Assembly: GCF_001545095.1 (NCBI RefSeq)
Contig: NZ_CP013213.1
Location: 300,001-332,000 of the forward strand
Direction: 5' to 3'
DNA from: Erysipelothrix larvae
GTDB taxonomy: Bacteria; Bacillota_I; Bacilli_A; Erysipelotrichales; Erysipelotrichaceae
DNA length: 32,000 nucleotides
In this document: piece after piece, positions 1 to 9,358 of the stretch
How the letters are laid out: each line of letters opens with the position of its first letter
How positions within the stretch are numbered: the first letter of the stretch is position 1
Position numbers and translations under genes: made by a program
Notes under the pieces: model-generated
Databases searched by the model: none
Seen by the model: the letters and a program-made list of their open reading frames with translations, nothing else
Told to the model about the DNA's origin: nothing

Positions 1-72
1 ATTGAACCCATCACACTGGACCAGATTATTATTTTCTTTAACCGTGGAGGTACACATGAAAGCAATTCATAA
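1..72 (+). CDS. 3' end of an upstream gene, plausibly the ATP-binding partner of the following ABC-2 permease (partial)
   Basis: Frame 1 is open from the window edge to TAA at 70-72 (IEPITLDQIIIFFNRGGTHESNS*). It overlaps the next gene's ATG by 17 nt, which is the usual ATPase-permease arrangement. It is too short for a family call. Confidence 0.3.
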   Translation: MEPITLDQIIIFFNRGGTHESNS

Positions 73-739
73 TTTTATTAAACTCGATTTTCTTACAATC
101 AAACCATTCTTAACGCTTAAAAATATCATGATTTACTTAGGGATTGCTGGATTTTTCGCATTCAGTAATCAATCAATCAGTGCATCAATGGCAATGATGA
201 TGATGTTTATCACTATCTATGTTAGTTACCCATTTGCGGTAGGAGATCAAAATGGTATTGATACCTTATATATCATTTGTGGCATTGATAAAAAACACGT
301 AGTTCAAGGGCGATATCTTTGGATGTTATTGATGAATTTTATCGGTGCATTGTGCTCGCTTGGTGTGGCATATGTGTTTTCATGGCTATTTAAGATTCCC
401 ATGAATCATACTGAAACAATCGCGATATTTGTAGGATTACTGGGGGTGTTTATCGTGATGCAAGCGACACAACTTCCCATCTTCTTTAAAGTTGGGTATA
501 TAAAAGCAAAGACGTATACCTACCTATTAATGGTAACAATGATGGCCTTAATTGTGGGTTCTTCCTATCTGTTATCGCAAGTTATGAGCATCCAAACCCT
601 CGCATTTCTAGCCAGCCATCTGTGGCTGATTGTGGTCATCGGAGGGTGTTTGGTGTTAGCTGCGCTTGGGGTTTCTTACTTTCTGTCACTAAAATTTTAT
701 GAAAACCGCGAAATGACAATATCCCACTCACAAAGTTAA
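56..739 (+). CDS. ABC-2 type transporter permease-like polytopic membrane protein
   Basis: The 2..739 ORF is in frame. A GGAGG at 47-51 precedes the ATG at 56 (MKAIHNFIKLDF...). About 6 hydrophobic helices are visible. The ORF-track start at 2 is read-through of the upstream gene. Confidence 0.6.
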   Translation: MKAIHNFIKLDFLTIKPFLTLKNIMIYLGIAGFFAFSNQSISASMAMMMMFITIYVSYPFAVGDQNGIDTLYIICGIDKKHVVQGRYLWMLLMNFIGALCSLGVAYVFSWLFKIPMNHTETIAIFVGLLGVFIVMQATQLPIFFKVGYIKAKTYTYLLMVTMMALIVGSSYLLSQVMSIQTLAFLASHLWLIVVIGGCLVLAALGVSYFLSLKFYENREMTISHSQS

Positions 740-822
740 GGTCTTATTATGAAACTTTGTGCATGTTTTCATAAACATATCTAATTTGTTGTCGCTCATA
801 TAAATACTTCTTTACAGAAATA

Positions 823-831
823 TGGTAAAAT
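823..831 (+). promoter_or_regulatory. Extended -10 promoter element (TGgTAAAAT) for pepF
   Basis: TGGTAAAAT lies at 823-831, about 32 nt upstream of the pepF ATG. An AAAGGAG RBS lies at 848-854. No good -35 element is present. Confidence 0.3.
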
Positions 832-862
832 TGAGCTTAAGGAACAAAAGGAGATATGAAAC

Positions 863-2662
863 ATGGCAAATGTGAAAGAATTACCTTCACGTAAAGATGT
901 GAAGCTTGAAGATACTTGGGATCTGACGCCAATTTTCGAAAACGACGCAGCATGGAACGATGCGTTTGATGCAGTGGTTTCAGAAATGGATAAGATTGCC
1001 AACTATAAAGGTACTTTAGGTAAAAGTGCCGCCAGTCTTCTTGAAGGACTGAAATTTAGAGATGATTTAAGTCATCGTTTGGAGCTGTTGTATGTGTATG
1101 CTCATTTAAATTTTGACGTAGATACAACCGACCCCCAAGCACAAGCAATGAGTGGCAAAGTGATGTCATTGGTTGCGAAGTTTAGTGCAAATTTCTCATT
1201 TTATGACACAGAACTGTTATCAATTGATGAGAAAGTATTGCGTGAGTATCTCGAAACAAATGAAGGGCTATCCCTTTATAAACACCAGTTTGATCAATTA
1301 TTTAAGTCTCGCGAACATATCTTAAGTGAAAAAGAAGAAAAAATCTTAGCGGGTGCTGGAGAAGTGTTCTCAAGCCCTTCACAAACATTTGGAATGCTCA
1401 ATAACGCGGACATTATCTTCCCAACCATCAAGGATGAACACGGCGAAGATGCGCAATTATCACATGGTCGTTATGCACTCTTTATGGAGAGTAAAGATCG
1501 TAATGTACGTAAAGAAGCATTCTTGGGAATTCATGAAACTTATGGAAAACTTAAAAATACCCTTGCGAGTACATTAACCGGCAATGTTAAAGGTCAAAAC
1601 TTTAAAGCAATATTGCGTGGGTTTAACTCAGCACGTCATGCTGCGTTGTTCTCAAATCATATTGATGAATCAGTATTTGATGCCCTCATTGATGGTGTTC
1701 ATCAAAATATTGGCCTACTCCATGATTATGTTGCCTTGCGACAAGATGCTTTAAAGGTTGATGATATTCAAATGTATGATATCTATGTACCAATGGTTGA
1801 AGATGTTGACCTTAAGTTTACATATCATGAAGCTCAAGAAATTATTCTTGAAGCATTGGGTGTGTTAGGCGATGAATATCGTTCAGTCCTTAAGCGAGCA
1901 TTCTCTGAACGGTGGATCGATGTGACTGAGAATAAAGGGAAACGCAGTGGTGCTTATTCATCTGGTGTCTATGGAACAAACCCTTACATCTTGCTCAACT
2001 GGCAAGAAAACATTGACAACATGTTTACCCTTGCGCATGAGTTAGGACACTCTGTTCACTCATACTTTACACGTAAATATCAACCGTACATTTATGGTGA
2101 CTATTCAATTTTCTTGGCTGAGATTGCATCAACAACCAATGAAAACTTACTGTTGAATTACTTGTTGGATCAATATACGGATCCAAAAATCCGTGCTTAC
2201 TTATTGAATCATTACTTAGACACGGTCAAGGGAACGGTATTCCGTCAAACTCAATTTGCAGAGTTTGAACATATTATTCATGTGAAGGATCAAGAAGGAA
2301 CCCCATTAACATCGGATTTCTTAGCAGATACTTATTATGACCTTAACAAGTTCTATTATGGTGATGCAATCAGCACGCCTGAAATTCGTCATGAATGGTC
2401 ACGCATCCCTCACTTCTACTACAACTACTATGTATATCAATATGCAACAGGGTTCTCAGCATCGACGATGTTTAGTGAACACATCTACAACGGTGGCGAT
2501 GTGACACCTTACTTAAACTTCCTTAAATCGGGAAGCAGCAAGTACCCAATTGATGTGCTTAAAGAAGCTGGAGTTGATATGACTGAACCAACTGCAGTCA
2601 ATGAAACATTTAAAGCATTTGATAAACGACTCAAAGAGTTACGTTCAATCATTATTAAGTAA
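863..2662 (+). CDS. pepF: Oligoendopeptidase F (M3B metallopeptidase)
   Basis: 599 aa. The HEXXH zinc motif is present in FTLAHELGHSVHSY. Length and overall sequence are typical of Firmicute PepF. An RBS AAAGGAG lies upstream. Confidence 0.93.
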   Translation: MANVKELPSRKDVKLEDTWDLTPIFENDAAWNDAFDAVVSEMDKIANYKGTLGKSAASLLEGLKFRDDLSHRLELLYVYAHLNFDVDTTDPQAQAMSGKVMSLVAKFSANFSFYDTELLSIDEKVLREYLETNEGLSLYKHQFDQLFKSREHILSEKEEKILAGAGEVFSSPSQTFGMLNNADIIFPTIKDEHGEDAQLSHGRYALFMESKDRNVRKEAFLGIHETYGKLKNTLASTLTGNVKGQNFKAILRGFNSARHAALFSNHIDESVFDALIDGVHQNIGLLHDYVALRQDALKVDDIQMYDIYVPMVEDVDLKFTYHEAQEIILEALGVLGDEYRSVLKRAFSERWIDVTENKGKRSGAYSSGVYGTNPYILLNWQENIDNMFTLAHELGHSVHSYFTRKYQPYIYGDYSIFLAEIASTTNENLLLNYLLDQYTDPKIRAYLLNHYLDTVKGTVFRQTQFAEFEHIIHVKDQEGTPLTSDFLADTYYDLNKFYYGDAISTPEIRHEWSRIPHFYYNYYVYQYATGFSASTMFSEHIYNGGDVTPYLNFLKSGSSKYPIDVLKEAGVDMTEPTAVNETFKAFDKRLKELRSIIIK

Positions 2663-2700
2663 AACAAAAAAGGCTCGCAATTTGCGGGCCTTTCGTTATT
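2661..2700. terminator. Bidirectional rho-independent terminator between convergent pepF and the DeoR regulator gene
   Basis: The stem pairs AGGCTCGCA (2671-2679) with TGCGGGCCT (2683-2691), with one G-U pair and an ATT loop. An A-run lies 5' and a T-rich tract lies 3'. Confidence 0.75.
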
Positions 2701-3489
2701 TTAATAAGAAATTAAGTCTGCTTTAATCACCTTAATACCGGTTTGTTCATCAATTTCCTGGACTACTTCATCATTGGCAAAAGGATCGGTTATAAGATAG
2801 TCAAACTCGTGTACTGAGCCTGTTTTGTAATTTGCCTCTTGCCCAATTTTTCCATGGTCTACCACTAAGATACGCCGACCACGGCAATTACTAATCATCA
2901 TCTGATTGATTGCGACTTCGCGTCGGACCGATGTTGTCATCCCTTGTTCAATTGAAAACCCACTGCATCCTAAGATTGCTTTAGTTGCTCTGATTTGGGA
3001 AATCATTTGCAGTGCGAAATCACCCGTCATTGAGTCTTTGGGTGGTGTCAACTCACCCCCTGTAAGGATGACATTCGATCGATTCTTATAGGGAATCAAT
3101 GAAGCTTGACCATTGTTTGTGATAATGGTCACTTCCTTGTCTCCAAGATACTTTAAGATAAGGATTGCGGTAGAAGATGTGTTCACAAAGACAATGTCTC
3201 CCGAATCAATCAAATCAGCCGCGGCCTTCGCGATTGAGTTTTTAAGCATAGAGAGGTTTTTCTCAGGGATACTTGTATTTTTATAATCAAGAAGGCGTGC
3301 ACCACCATAATAACGTTCAATCAGTCCCTTTTTTTCAAAATACATGAAATCACGACGAATGGTGAGCTCGGATACATCATAAGTACTTGAAAGGTGTGTT
3401 ACGGATAAATCACGATGTTTCAATAAATCAAGAAAGATAGCATCGCGGCGTTTGTAGATAACGTCTTTAGATTGTTTCATCATAAGCAT
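2701..3489 (-). CDS. DeoR/GlpR-family transcriptional repressor, UlaR-like by context
   Basis: 262 aa. The N-terminal wHTH is present (LSVTHLSSTYDVSELTIRRDFMYFEKKGLIERYYGGA), followed by a DeoR C-terminal sugar-phosphate sensor region. An AGGAG lies 6 nt upstream of the ATG at 3489. The gene is divergent from the ula operon, as E. coli ulaR is. Confidence 0.88.
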   Translation of the reverse strand: MLMMKQSKDVIYKRRDAIFLDLLKHRDLSVTHLSSTYDVSELTIRRDFMYFEKKGLIERYYGGARLLDYKNTSIPEKNLSMLKNSIAKAAADLIDSGDIVFVNTSSTAILILKYLGDKEVTIITNNGQASLIPYKNRSNVILTGGELTPPKDSMTGDFALQMISQIRATKAILGCSGFSIEQGMTTSVRREVAINQMMISNCRGRRILVVDHGKIGQEANYKTGSVHEFDYLITDPFANDEVVQEIDEQTGIKVIKADLISY

Positions 3490-4246
3490 TCAGTGCTCCT
3501 ATATAGGGTGAGTCTTTGTTGATGTCTTCGATCTGTTTACAATATTTACGGATGTTTGATCGGTGTTTCATATCAAGTTCTAAACAAGCACGTCCATAAT
3601 AATAATGAATGCATTCGCGATTATTATAGCGTTTGAGATCCACTGCCTTGTATGCTTCAAGGCTCTTTTTATAGGATTTGGTGATGTGGTAGTAATCTGC
3701 GTCAATTTCATGCCAACTATATAATTGAGATATATCATTTTTCTTCTTGCTTGTTTGCTTGAACCGTTGAAGTTGTGTATAGTTTTCAGTCGCCTCATCA
3801 ACGTCCCCCAAGTAAACATAAGATTTAAACAATGAATGATAGTGTATTAATAAGTAATCAGGATGTCCGGTGAAAAATGATTCGTGTTCTTTAATATGAT
3901 TGATACAACCTTGTGGATTATGTGCGTCAAGATAAACAAGTGTTTGTGTCAAAATGAGCGTTGGTTTCATGCCTTTAAATACATCAAAGCGTTTTATTCT
4001 TTCCATTATCGATGATACTTTATCAAGGTCACATTCAACAACCAATGCAATCTGTAGGTCTTCATTTAACTTCTTTAGATAGTCATAAAGGATATTGGAC
4101 ATAAGAACAAAGACCATGATTAAGGTAAGAACCCCTTTCATTAACGTAGAATTTTGTGATGTCCATAGCGTAAATATCACAAAAAGAAAACCGAGGTAAA
4201 GAAGACTCTTTCCAATCAGTTTTAGATGTTTTTTGATGAACCACAT
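3467..4246 (-). CDS. Hypothetical membrane-anchored protein with a helical-repeat (TPR-like) cytoplasmic domain
   Basis: 259 aa. It has two N-terminal hydrophobic helices (LLYLGFLFVIFTLW and GVLTLIMVFVLMSNIL). The rest is Tyr/Leu-rich and alpha-helical-repeat-like. An AAGGGGGG RBS lies 8 nt upstream of the ATG. The 3' end overlaps the DeoR start by 23 nt. Confidence 0.6.
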   Translation of the reverse strand: MWFIKKHLKLIGKSLLYLGFLFVIFTLWTSQNSTLMKGVLTLIMVFVLMSNILYDYLKKLNEDLQIALVVECDLDKVSSIMERIKRFDVFKGMKPTLILTQTLVYLDAHNPQGCINHIKEHESFFTGHPDYLLIHYHSLFKSYVYLGDVDEATENYTQLQRFKQTSKKKNDISQLYSWHEIDADYYHITKSYKKSLEAYKAVDLKRYNNRECIHYYYGRACLELDMKHRSNIRKYCKQIEDINKDSPYIGALNAYDETI

Positions 4247-4271
4247 GTAAAACGCCCCCCTTATTATCTAA

Positions 4272-4300
4272 AGAATATCATGTACTTTTCAGTGAATCAA
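4272..4300 (-). promoter_or_regulatory. Putative sigma-A promoter for the membrane-protein/DeoR operon
   Basis: The minus strand reads TTGATT, then 17 nt ending in TGa, then TATTCT. The -35 element is at 4295-4300 and the -10 at 4272-4277. This is an extended -10 type promoter. Confidence 0.35.
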
Positions 4301-4317
4301 TGGTTAATTATTTCGAA

Positions 4318-4399
4318 TTGTTCATAAAATTGGTGTGATTGTTCAAATAATAGAAATTATCTATCAATCAATCATTAATAAATGAAATCGTTCATAAAA
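4318..4399. promoter_or_regulatory. Three direct repeats T(T/C)GTTCA(T/A)A(A/T)AA (candidate DeoR/UlaR operators) plus a cre-like box
   Basis: The repeats are TTGTTCATAAAA at 4318-4329, TTGTTCAAATAA at 4339-4350 and TCGTTCATAAAA at 4388-4399. ATGAAATCGTTCATA at 4382-4396 matches the cre consensus WTGNAANCGNWNNCW with one mismatch. All lie between the two divergent promoters. Confidence 0.4.
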
Positions 4400-4404
4400 A
4401 TCCA

Positions 4405-4433
4405 TTGTAGGTACAGTGAAAATAGATTAAATT
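4405..4433 (+). promoter_or_regulatory. Putative sigma-A promoter of the ula operon
   Basis: TTGTAG at 4405-4410 is followed by 17 nt and then TAAATT at 4428-4433. An AAAGGAGGGGG RBS precedes the ulaG ATG at 4461. Confidence 0.35.
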
Positions 4434-4460
4434 AAGGGTGTAAAGGAGGGGGTATTCAAA

Positions 4461-5522
4461 ATGCCAAAGATAAAAGATATAACTCGAGAATCATGGATTC
4501 TGGGTGCGTTTCCTGAATGGGGAACATGGCTCAACGAAGAAATCGATGAAACAGTAGTCGATAAGAATACGTTTGCGATGTGGTGGATTGGATGTACGGG
4601 TGTTTGGTTCAAAACAGAAAATAATACAAATATCGCAATCGACTTATGGTTTGGAAATGGAAAACGGACACAGAAGAAAAAAGAGATGGATCCATTCCAT
4701 CAAATGCGAAACATGACGGGTGGTCGTATGACACAACCGAATCTACGTGCAGCACCAATCGTGTTTGATCCATTTGCAGTAACACATGTTGATGCAGTGC
4801 TATCAACACATTATCATAATGATCATATTGATCCGTTTTTCGCAGCAGCGGTACTTGAGAACATCAGTGAAGAAGTTCCATTTATTGGGCCTCAAGAAAG
4901 TGTGAATAAATGGCTTGGATATGGTGTTCCAGCGTCACGGTGTGTGGTCGTGAAACCAGGGGATGTCATTAAAGTTAAAGACACTGAAATTCATGTAGTG
5001 GATAGTTTTGATAGAACGTGTTTAGTCACAGCGGATGAAGACATACGCGGTGTTCTTCCAGATAATATGGATGAAAAAGCCGTAAACTATGTCATCAAAA
5101 TGCCAGCAGGAACAGTCTATCATTCAGGGGATTCACATTACAGTGTTCAATTCAAAAAACATGGCAATGATTATCCAGATATTGATGTTGCGTTTGGTTC
5201 TTTTGGGGAAAACCCAATTGGAAACCAAGATAAAATGACATCAATTGACTTATTGAGAATGGCAGAAGCCTTGGATTGTAAAGTGCTCATTCCACTGCAT
5301 TATGATGTGTGGACAAACTTTAAAGCAGATCCAAAAGAAATTGCAATGCTATATGAAGCAAAAAAATATGCGCTTCAATATAAATTCAAACCATTTATTT
5401 GGGATGTGGGTGGCAAATTTGTTTGGCCCGTTGATAAGGATAAACGAGAATATCATTATCGTCGTGGATTTGAAGATGCCTTCACAGATGAACCAAACGT
5501 ACCCTTTAAGTCAATCTTATGA
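4461..5522 (+). CDS. ulaG: L-ascorbate-6-phosphate lactonase (metallo-beta-lactamase fold)
   Basis: 353 aa. By eye it is collinear with E. coli UlaG from the first residues ([34 protein letters not shown]) to the C-terminus (PFKSIL). The HxHxDH metal motif is present in [10 protein letters not shown]. Confidence 0.93.
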   Translation: MPKIKDITRESWILGAFPEWGTWLNEEIDETVVDKNTFAMWWIGCTGVWFKTENNTNIAIDLWFGNGKRTQKKKEMDPFHQMRNMTGGRMTQPNLRAAPIVFDPFAVTHVDAVLSTHYHNDHIDPFFAAAVLENISEEVPFIGPQESVNKWLGYGVPASRCVVVKPGDVIKVKDTEIHVVDSFDRTCLVTADEDIRGVLPDNMDEKAVNYVIKMPAGTVYHSGDSHYSVQFKKHGNDYPDIDVAFGSFGENPIGNQDKMTSIDLLRMAEALDCKVLIPLHYDVWTNFKADPKEIAMLYEAKKYALQYKFKPFIWDVGGKFVWPVDKDKREYHYRRGFEDAFTDEPNVPFKSIL

Positions 5523-5974
5523 TTAGCAAGTTCATTAATGATGGGTTAGTAGCATTTTATGATTCTTTCGATACATGGGAAGAAGCGGTACGTGCCTCAT
5601 GTAACACATTAAGGAATCAAGGATATATCAATGAACAATATGAGAACGCCATTGTGGATAATATTCACGAACACGGTCCTTATATTGTAATCTTACCAGG
5701 AATTGCAATGCCGCATTCTACACAAGGAGGAGAAGGTGTATTTAAAACTGGGATCGCATTTATGAAAGTTGAAAAACCGGTACTCTTTGATGATAATGGA
5801 GAAATTAAGGATGCACAATTGTTCTTTACACTGGCAGCTGAAGACGCAGATCAACACCTTCAAAACATTACAGATCTTATGGAACTACTCATGAATGAAG
5901 ATGTTGTGGAAGCCTTGAAAGAAACAAAGTCATTGGAAGACTTAAAAACAATCGCGAATACATATAACTTATAA
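5519..5974 (+). CDS. ulaC: PTS ascorbate-family EIIA component
   Basis: 151 aa. The phosphorylatable His context GIAMPHS is present. The ATGA start overlaps the ulaG stop. Operon context supports the call. Confidence 0.85.
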   Translation: MISKFINDGLVAFYDSFDTWEEAVRASCNTLRNQGYINEQYENAIVDNIHEHGPYIVILPGIAMPHSTQGGEGVFKTGIAFMKVEKPVLFDDNGEIKDAQLFFTLAAEDADQHLQNITDLMELLMNEDVVEALKETKSLEDLKTIANTYNL

Positions 5975-5992
5975 TAGGGGAAGAATAAATAT

Positions 5993-7447
5993 ATGGAAAT
6001 CTTTGTAAGAATTTGGCAATATTTTATGACCAACATCTTAACACAACCGAACTTCTTTATCGGATTCATTGTGTTAATTGGTTACATTTTACTTCGTAAA
6101 CCATGGTATGAATCGCTAGCGGGGTTCTTAAAAGCAACCGTGGGATACATGATCTTGCAAGTGGGGTCTGGGGGGTTAGTTAATAACTTTAGACCAATCT
6201 TGGTAGGTCTGAAAGATCGCTTCAATTTGAATGCGATGGTTATCGATCCATACTTTGGTCAAAATGCTGTGGATGCAGGGATTGAAGCAACGTTCAATCA
6301 AACGTTCACCAATGTCATGTGGTTATTGTTGATTGCGTTTGTGGTTAACTTGCTCTTAGTAAGACTTAAGAAATTCACTAAGATGCGTGCCGTGTTTACG
6401 ACAGGGAACGTACAAATTCAACAAGCTGCAACTGCATTTTGGTTGATTCTATGGGCAATTCCTGAACTTACAGGAACACCAATGCTTGTTGTTATGTCAA
6501 TTTTACTGGGGTTATATTGGGCCGTTGGATCAAATATTACAGTTGATATCTGTCAAGAACTAACGGAAGGAGCTGGCTTTGCGATTGCTCACCAACAAAT
6601 GTTTGGGGTAGCAATCTTTGCGAAATTAGCTGAAAAAACACGTACGAAAACATCGAAACGTCTTGAAGACATTGAGTTACCAGGATTCTTATCAATCTTC
6701 CAAGAAAACATGGTATCGACTTCAATTCTGATGCTATTCTTCTTTGGAATCATTCTGTTGGTATTGGGTAAAGATTATTTAGTAGCTGCTGAATTTATGA
6801 AACAAGCAGACAGTTTCTTCTTCTATATCTTAAAGACAGCGCTTAACTTTGCCGTTTACCTTGCAATCTTACAACTGGGTGTTCGTACCTTCGTTGGTGA
6901 GCTTACTCAATCATTCCAAGGGATTTCAAATACAATCTTACCAGGTGCTGTACCAGGTATTGATGTTGCTGCAACCTTTGGCTTTGGTTCACCAAATGCT
7001 GTAACCATTGGCTTTATGTTTGGTGCTTTAGGACAATTCTTAGCAATTGGACTCCTCATTTTACTGAAATCACCAACGATTGTTATCGCAGGATTTATAC
7101 CAGTATTCTTTGACAATGCTGCAATCGGTGTATTCGCAAACAACCGTGGTGGATCGAAAGCAGCAATGATTTTCCCATTCACCTCTGGATTACTCCAAGT
7201 GTTTGGTTCTGCACTCATTGCGACATCCGTAGGACTTGCGCAATATGGTGGTTACTTAGGTATGTTTGACTGGGCAACGGTATGGCCAATCTTTACATAC
7301 ATTCTACACTTCTTAGGCTATGCTGGTGTTGCAGTTGTAGCGTTGATTCTATTCGCAATCCCTCAGCTTCAATATAAAGCAGATCCGGAAGGATATTTCT
7401 TAATTACAGAAGATTATGATAAATACGCTGAAATGAAAGCTAAATAA
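5993..7447 (+). CDS. ulaA: PTS ascorbate-family EIIC permease (UlaA/SgaT)
   Basis: 484 aa and polytopic, with at least 10 hydrophobic helices. It sits between the EIIA and EIIB genes. Confidence 0.88.
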   Translation: MEIFVRIWQYFMTNILTQPNFFIGFIVLIGYILLRKPWYESLAGFLKATVGYMILQVGSGGLVNNFRPILVGLKDRFNLNAMVIDPYFGQNAVDAGIEATFNQTFTNVMWLLLIAFVVNLLLVRLKKFTKMRAVFTTGNVQIQQAATAFWLILWAIPELTGTPMLVVMSILLGLYWAVGSNITVDICQELTEGAGFAIAHQQMFGVAIFAKLAEKTRTKTSKRLEDIELPGFLSIFQENMVSTSILMLFFFGIILLVLGKDYLVAAEFMKQADSFFFYILKTALNFAVYLAILQLGVRTFVGELTQSFQGISNTILPGAVPGIDVAATFGFGSPNAVTIGFMFGALGQFLAIGLLILLKSPTIVIAGFIPVFFDNAAIGVFANNRGGSKAAMIFPFTSGLLQVFGSALIATSVGLAQYGGYLGMFDWATVWPIFTYILHFLGYAGVAVVALILFAIPQLQYKADPEGYFLITEDYDKYAEMKAK

Positions 7448-7459
7448 TAGGAGGCAAAA

Positions 7460-7747
7460 ATGAAAATACTTGTTGCATGTGCAAATGGATCCGGAACAAG
7501 TTTAATGCTTAGTATGACGGTTAAGAAGGCAATGAAAACGTTGGGGCTTAAAATAACAAATATGCACCATACATCAATATCTGAAGGAAAATCTTCAGCT
7601 ACAATGTATGATGTTGTATTTACATCACCGACGTTCGTACACTTATTCAAAGGTGCACAAGAAAAAGGAGTACACGTAATTCCAATCCAAAACGTCATGT
7701 CTGAACAAGAAGTGATTGAAGGTTTAAAAAACGCAAAACTTGCGTAA
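7460..7747 (+). CDS. ulaB: PTS ascorbate-family EIIB component
   Basis: 95 aa. The N-terminal active-site Cys is present in [14 protein letters not shown]. An AGGAGG RBS lies upstream. Confidence 0.85.
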   Translation: MKILVACANGSGTSLMLSMTVKKAMKTLGLKITNMHHTSISEGKSSATMYDVVFTSPTFVHLFKGAQEKGVHVIPIQNVMSEQEVIEGLKNAKLA

Positions 7748-7771
7748 ACAATAGGGCGCAAGCCCTATTGT
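7748..7771 (+). other. Strong intra-operon stem-loop (10-bp stem, GCAA tetraloop) between ulaB and ulaF
   Basis: ACAATAGGGC (7748-7757) pairs with GCCCTATTGT (7762-7771) around a GCAA loop. The stem-loop begins immediately after the ulaB stop and is followed by only a short interrupted T tract (ATTAT). Confidence 0.6.
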
Positions 7772-7791
7772 ATTATATAAAGGAGGGGACT

Positions 7792-8505
7792 GTGTTAATT
7801 CACGAATATATGAGAACAAAAGAACTGAAACAACGCGTCTTGGATGCGAATTTACAATTACCAAAGTATGGACTTGTGACATTCACATGGGGGAATGTAT
7901 CAGAGATTGATCGTGATCAAGGTGTAATTGCAATTAAACCCAGTGGGGTTGAATATGATGACATGAGTGTGGACGATATTGTGGTGGTTGATATGGAAGG
8001 GACTGTGGTTGAAGGAACGCTCAATCCAAGTTCTGATCTTGCAACGCACCTTCATTTATATCAGTGTTTTCCTGAAATAAATGGCGTGGTACATACGCAC
8101 TCAAAATGGGCAACATCCTTTGCACAAGCGGGACAAGACATCAATCCATTAGGGACAACCCATGCAGATACCTTTTATGGGCCTGTACCCTGTACCCGTT
8201 CAATGAATGATGCTGAAATTATTCAAGACTATGAATTGAATACAGGAAAGGTCATTGTGGAAACCTTCCAATCTGTAGATTACACAAGCATTCCTGCAGT
8301 ACTTGTACGAAACCACGGTCCATTTGTGTGGGGAAAAGATGCTTTTGAAGCAGTGCACAATGCGGTCATATTGGAAACAGTCGCGAACATGAATTTTGTA
8401 TCCTTATCCCTTGGACATCATACCCTTGATTCAATTGAACAAACCTTACTTGATAAACACTATTTAAGAAAACATGGGAAGGATGCATATTATGGGCAAA
8501 AATAG
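7792..8505 (+). CDS. ulaF: L-ribulose-5-phosphate 4-epimerase (class II aldolase/adducin family)
   Basis: By eye it aligns along its length with E. coli AraD/UlaF ([39 protein letters not shown]). An AGGAGG at 7781-7786 favours the GTG at 7792, and the ATG at 7810 is an alternative start. The track start at 7768 (TTG) lies inside the hairpin. Confidence 0.9.
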   Translation: MLIHEYMRTKELKQRVLDANLQLPKYGLVTFTWGNVSEIDRDQGVIAIKPSGVEYDDMSVDDIVVVDMEGTVVEGTLNPSSDLATHLHLYQCFPEINGVVHTHSKWATSFAQAGQDINPLGTTHADTFYGPVPCTRSMNDAEIIQDYELNTGKVIVETFQSVDYTSIPAVLVRNHGPFVWGKDAFEAVHNAVILETVANMNFVSLSLGHHTLDSIEQTLLDKHYLRKHGKDAYYGQK

Positions 8506-9358
8506 AGACTATTGTATTTCATTGTATGAAAAGTCAATGCCTAATGATAAGCCTTTGCTTGAGAAGTACTTGCTCGTCAGAGAGTTTGGGTATGACTTTC
8601 TTGAATTATCCATTGATGAAACGGATGAAAAACTAGAACGCTTATATGACCAAGACTTACAAGAACATATCCTTGATACGATTGTGGAATCGAAAGTAAA
8701 CACACGTTCAATTTGTTTAAGTGGTCATCGACGGTATCCTTTGGGATCAAATGATCCCTCAATTGTAGAGCGATCACTCGATATTTTCTACCGTACTGTT
8801 GATCTTGCAGTCTTTATTGGCGCATCAATCATACAAATGGCAGGCTATGACGTCTATTATGAAGACTCTGATGAAGCTACAATCCAACGATTTAAAACAA
8901 ACTTAAAAAAATGCTTGGATTATGCTTCAAAGAAAGGGATTATCTGTGCTTTTGAAACCATGGAAACACCGTTTATGGATACCATTGAAAAGGCAGTTTC
9001 ATGGTGTAATACATTTCAAAACCCATATTTAAAAGTGTATCCAGATTTAGGCAATATCACAAACTCCAATAATCTCTATCAAACATCAATACTCCGTGAT
9101 ATCGAATGTGGACGCGGTTATATTGTCGCAGCACACCTTAAAGAAGCGAAAGAAGGCGTGTATCGCGACTTGCAGTTTGGGGAAGGGATTGTGGATTTTG
9201 AAGCAGGAATTCAAGCACTCTGGGACCAAGGGGTTCGCTTATTTGGATGCGAATTTTGGGCTCAAAAAAATCCTGATTTCTGCCATGCAATCAGAGATAA
9301 TGGCATATTTATACGAAGAATACTTGATAAAATAGCAGGAGAAAAGCATGAAGATTAA
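8492..9358 (+). CDS. ulaE: L-xylulose/L-ribulose-5-phosphate 3-epimerase (xylose-isomerase-like TIM barrel)
   Basis: It resembles E. coli UlaE ([55 protein letters not shown]). A GGAAGGA lies 8 nt upstream of the ATG at 8492. The start overlaps the ulaF 3' end. In-frame ATGs at 8474 and 8483 are also possible. Confidence 0.9.
   Translation: MGKNRDYCISLYEKSMPNDKPLLEKYLLVREFGYDFLELSIDETDEKLERLYDQDLQEHILDTIVESKVNTRSICLSGHRRYPLGSNDPSIVERSLDIFYRTVDLAVFIGASIIQMAGYDVYYEDSDEATIQRFKTNLKKCLDYASKKGIICAFETMETPFMDTIEKAVSWCNTFQNPYLKVYPDLGNITNSNNLYQTSILRDIECGRGYIVAAHLKEAKEGVYRDLQFGEGIVDFEAGIQALWDQGVRLFGCEFWAQKNPDFCHAIRDNGIFIRRILDKIAGEKHED

Noticed and set aside
2-55. The ORF track gives N-terminal extensions for several genes: 2 for the permease, 7768 for ulaF, 8474 for ulaE, 13832 for ung, 14548 for folC, 21597 for malF and 26309 for glgP.
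   Set aside because: In each case a downstream start has a properly spaced AGGAGG-type RBS and matches the N-terminus of known homologues. The extensions overlap upstream genes or hairpins.
747-774. The TTATGAAA / TTTCATAA inverted repeat after the ABC-2 permease gene was considered as a terminator.
   Set aside because: The stem is all A/T with a 12-nt loop and no U-tract. It is too weak to call.
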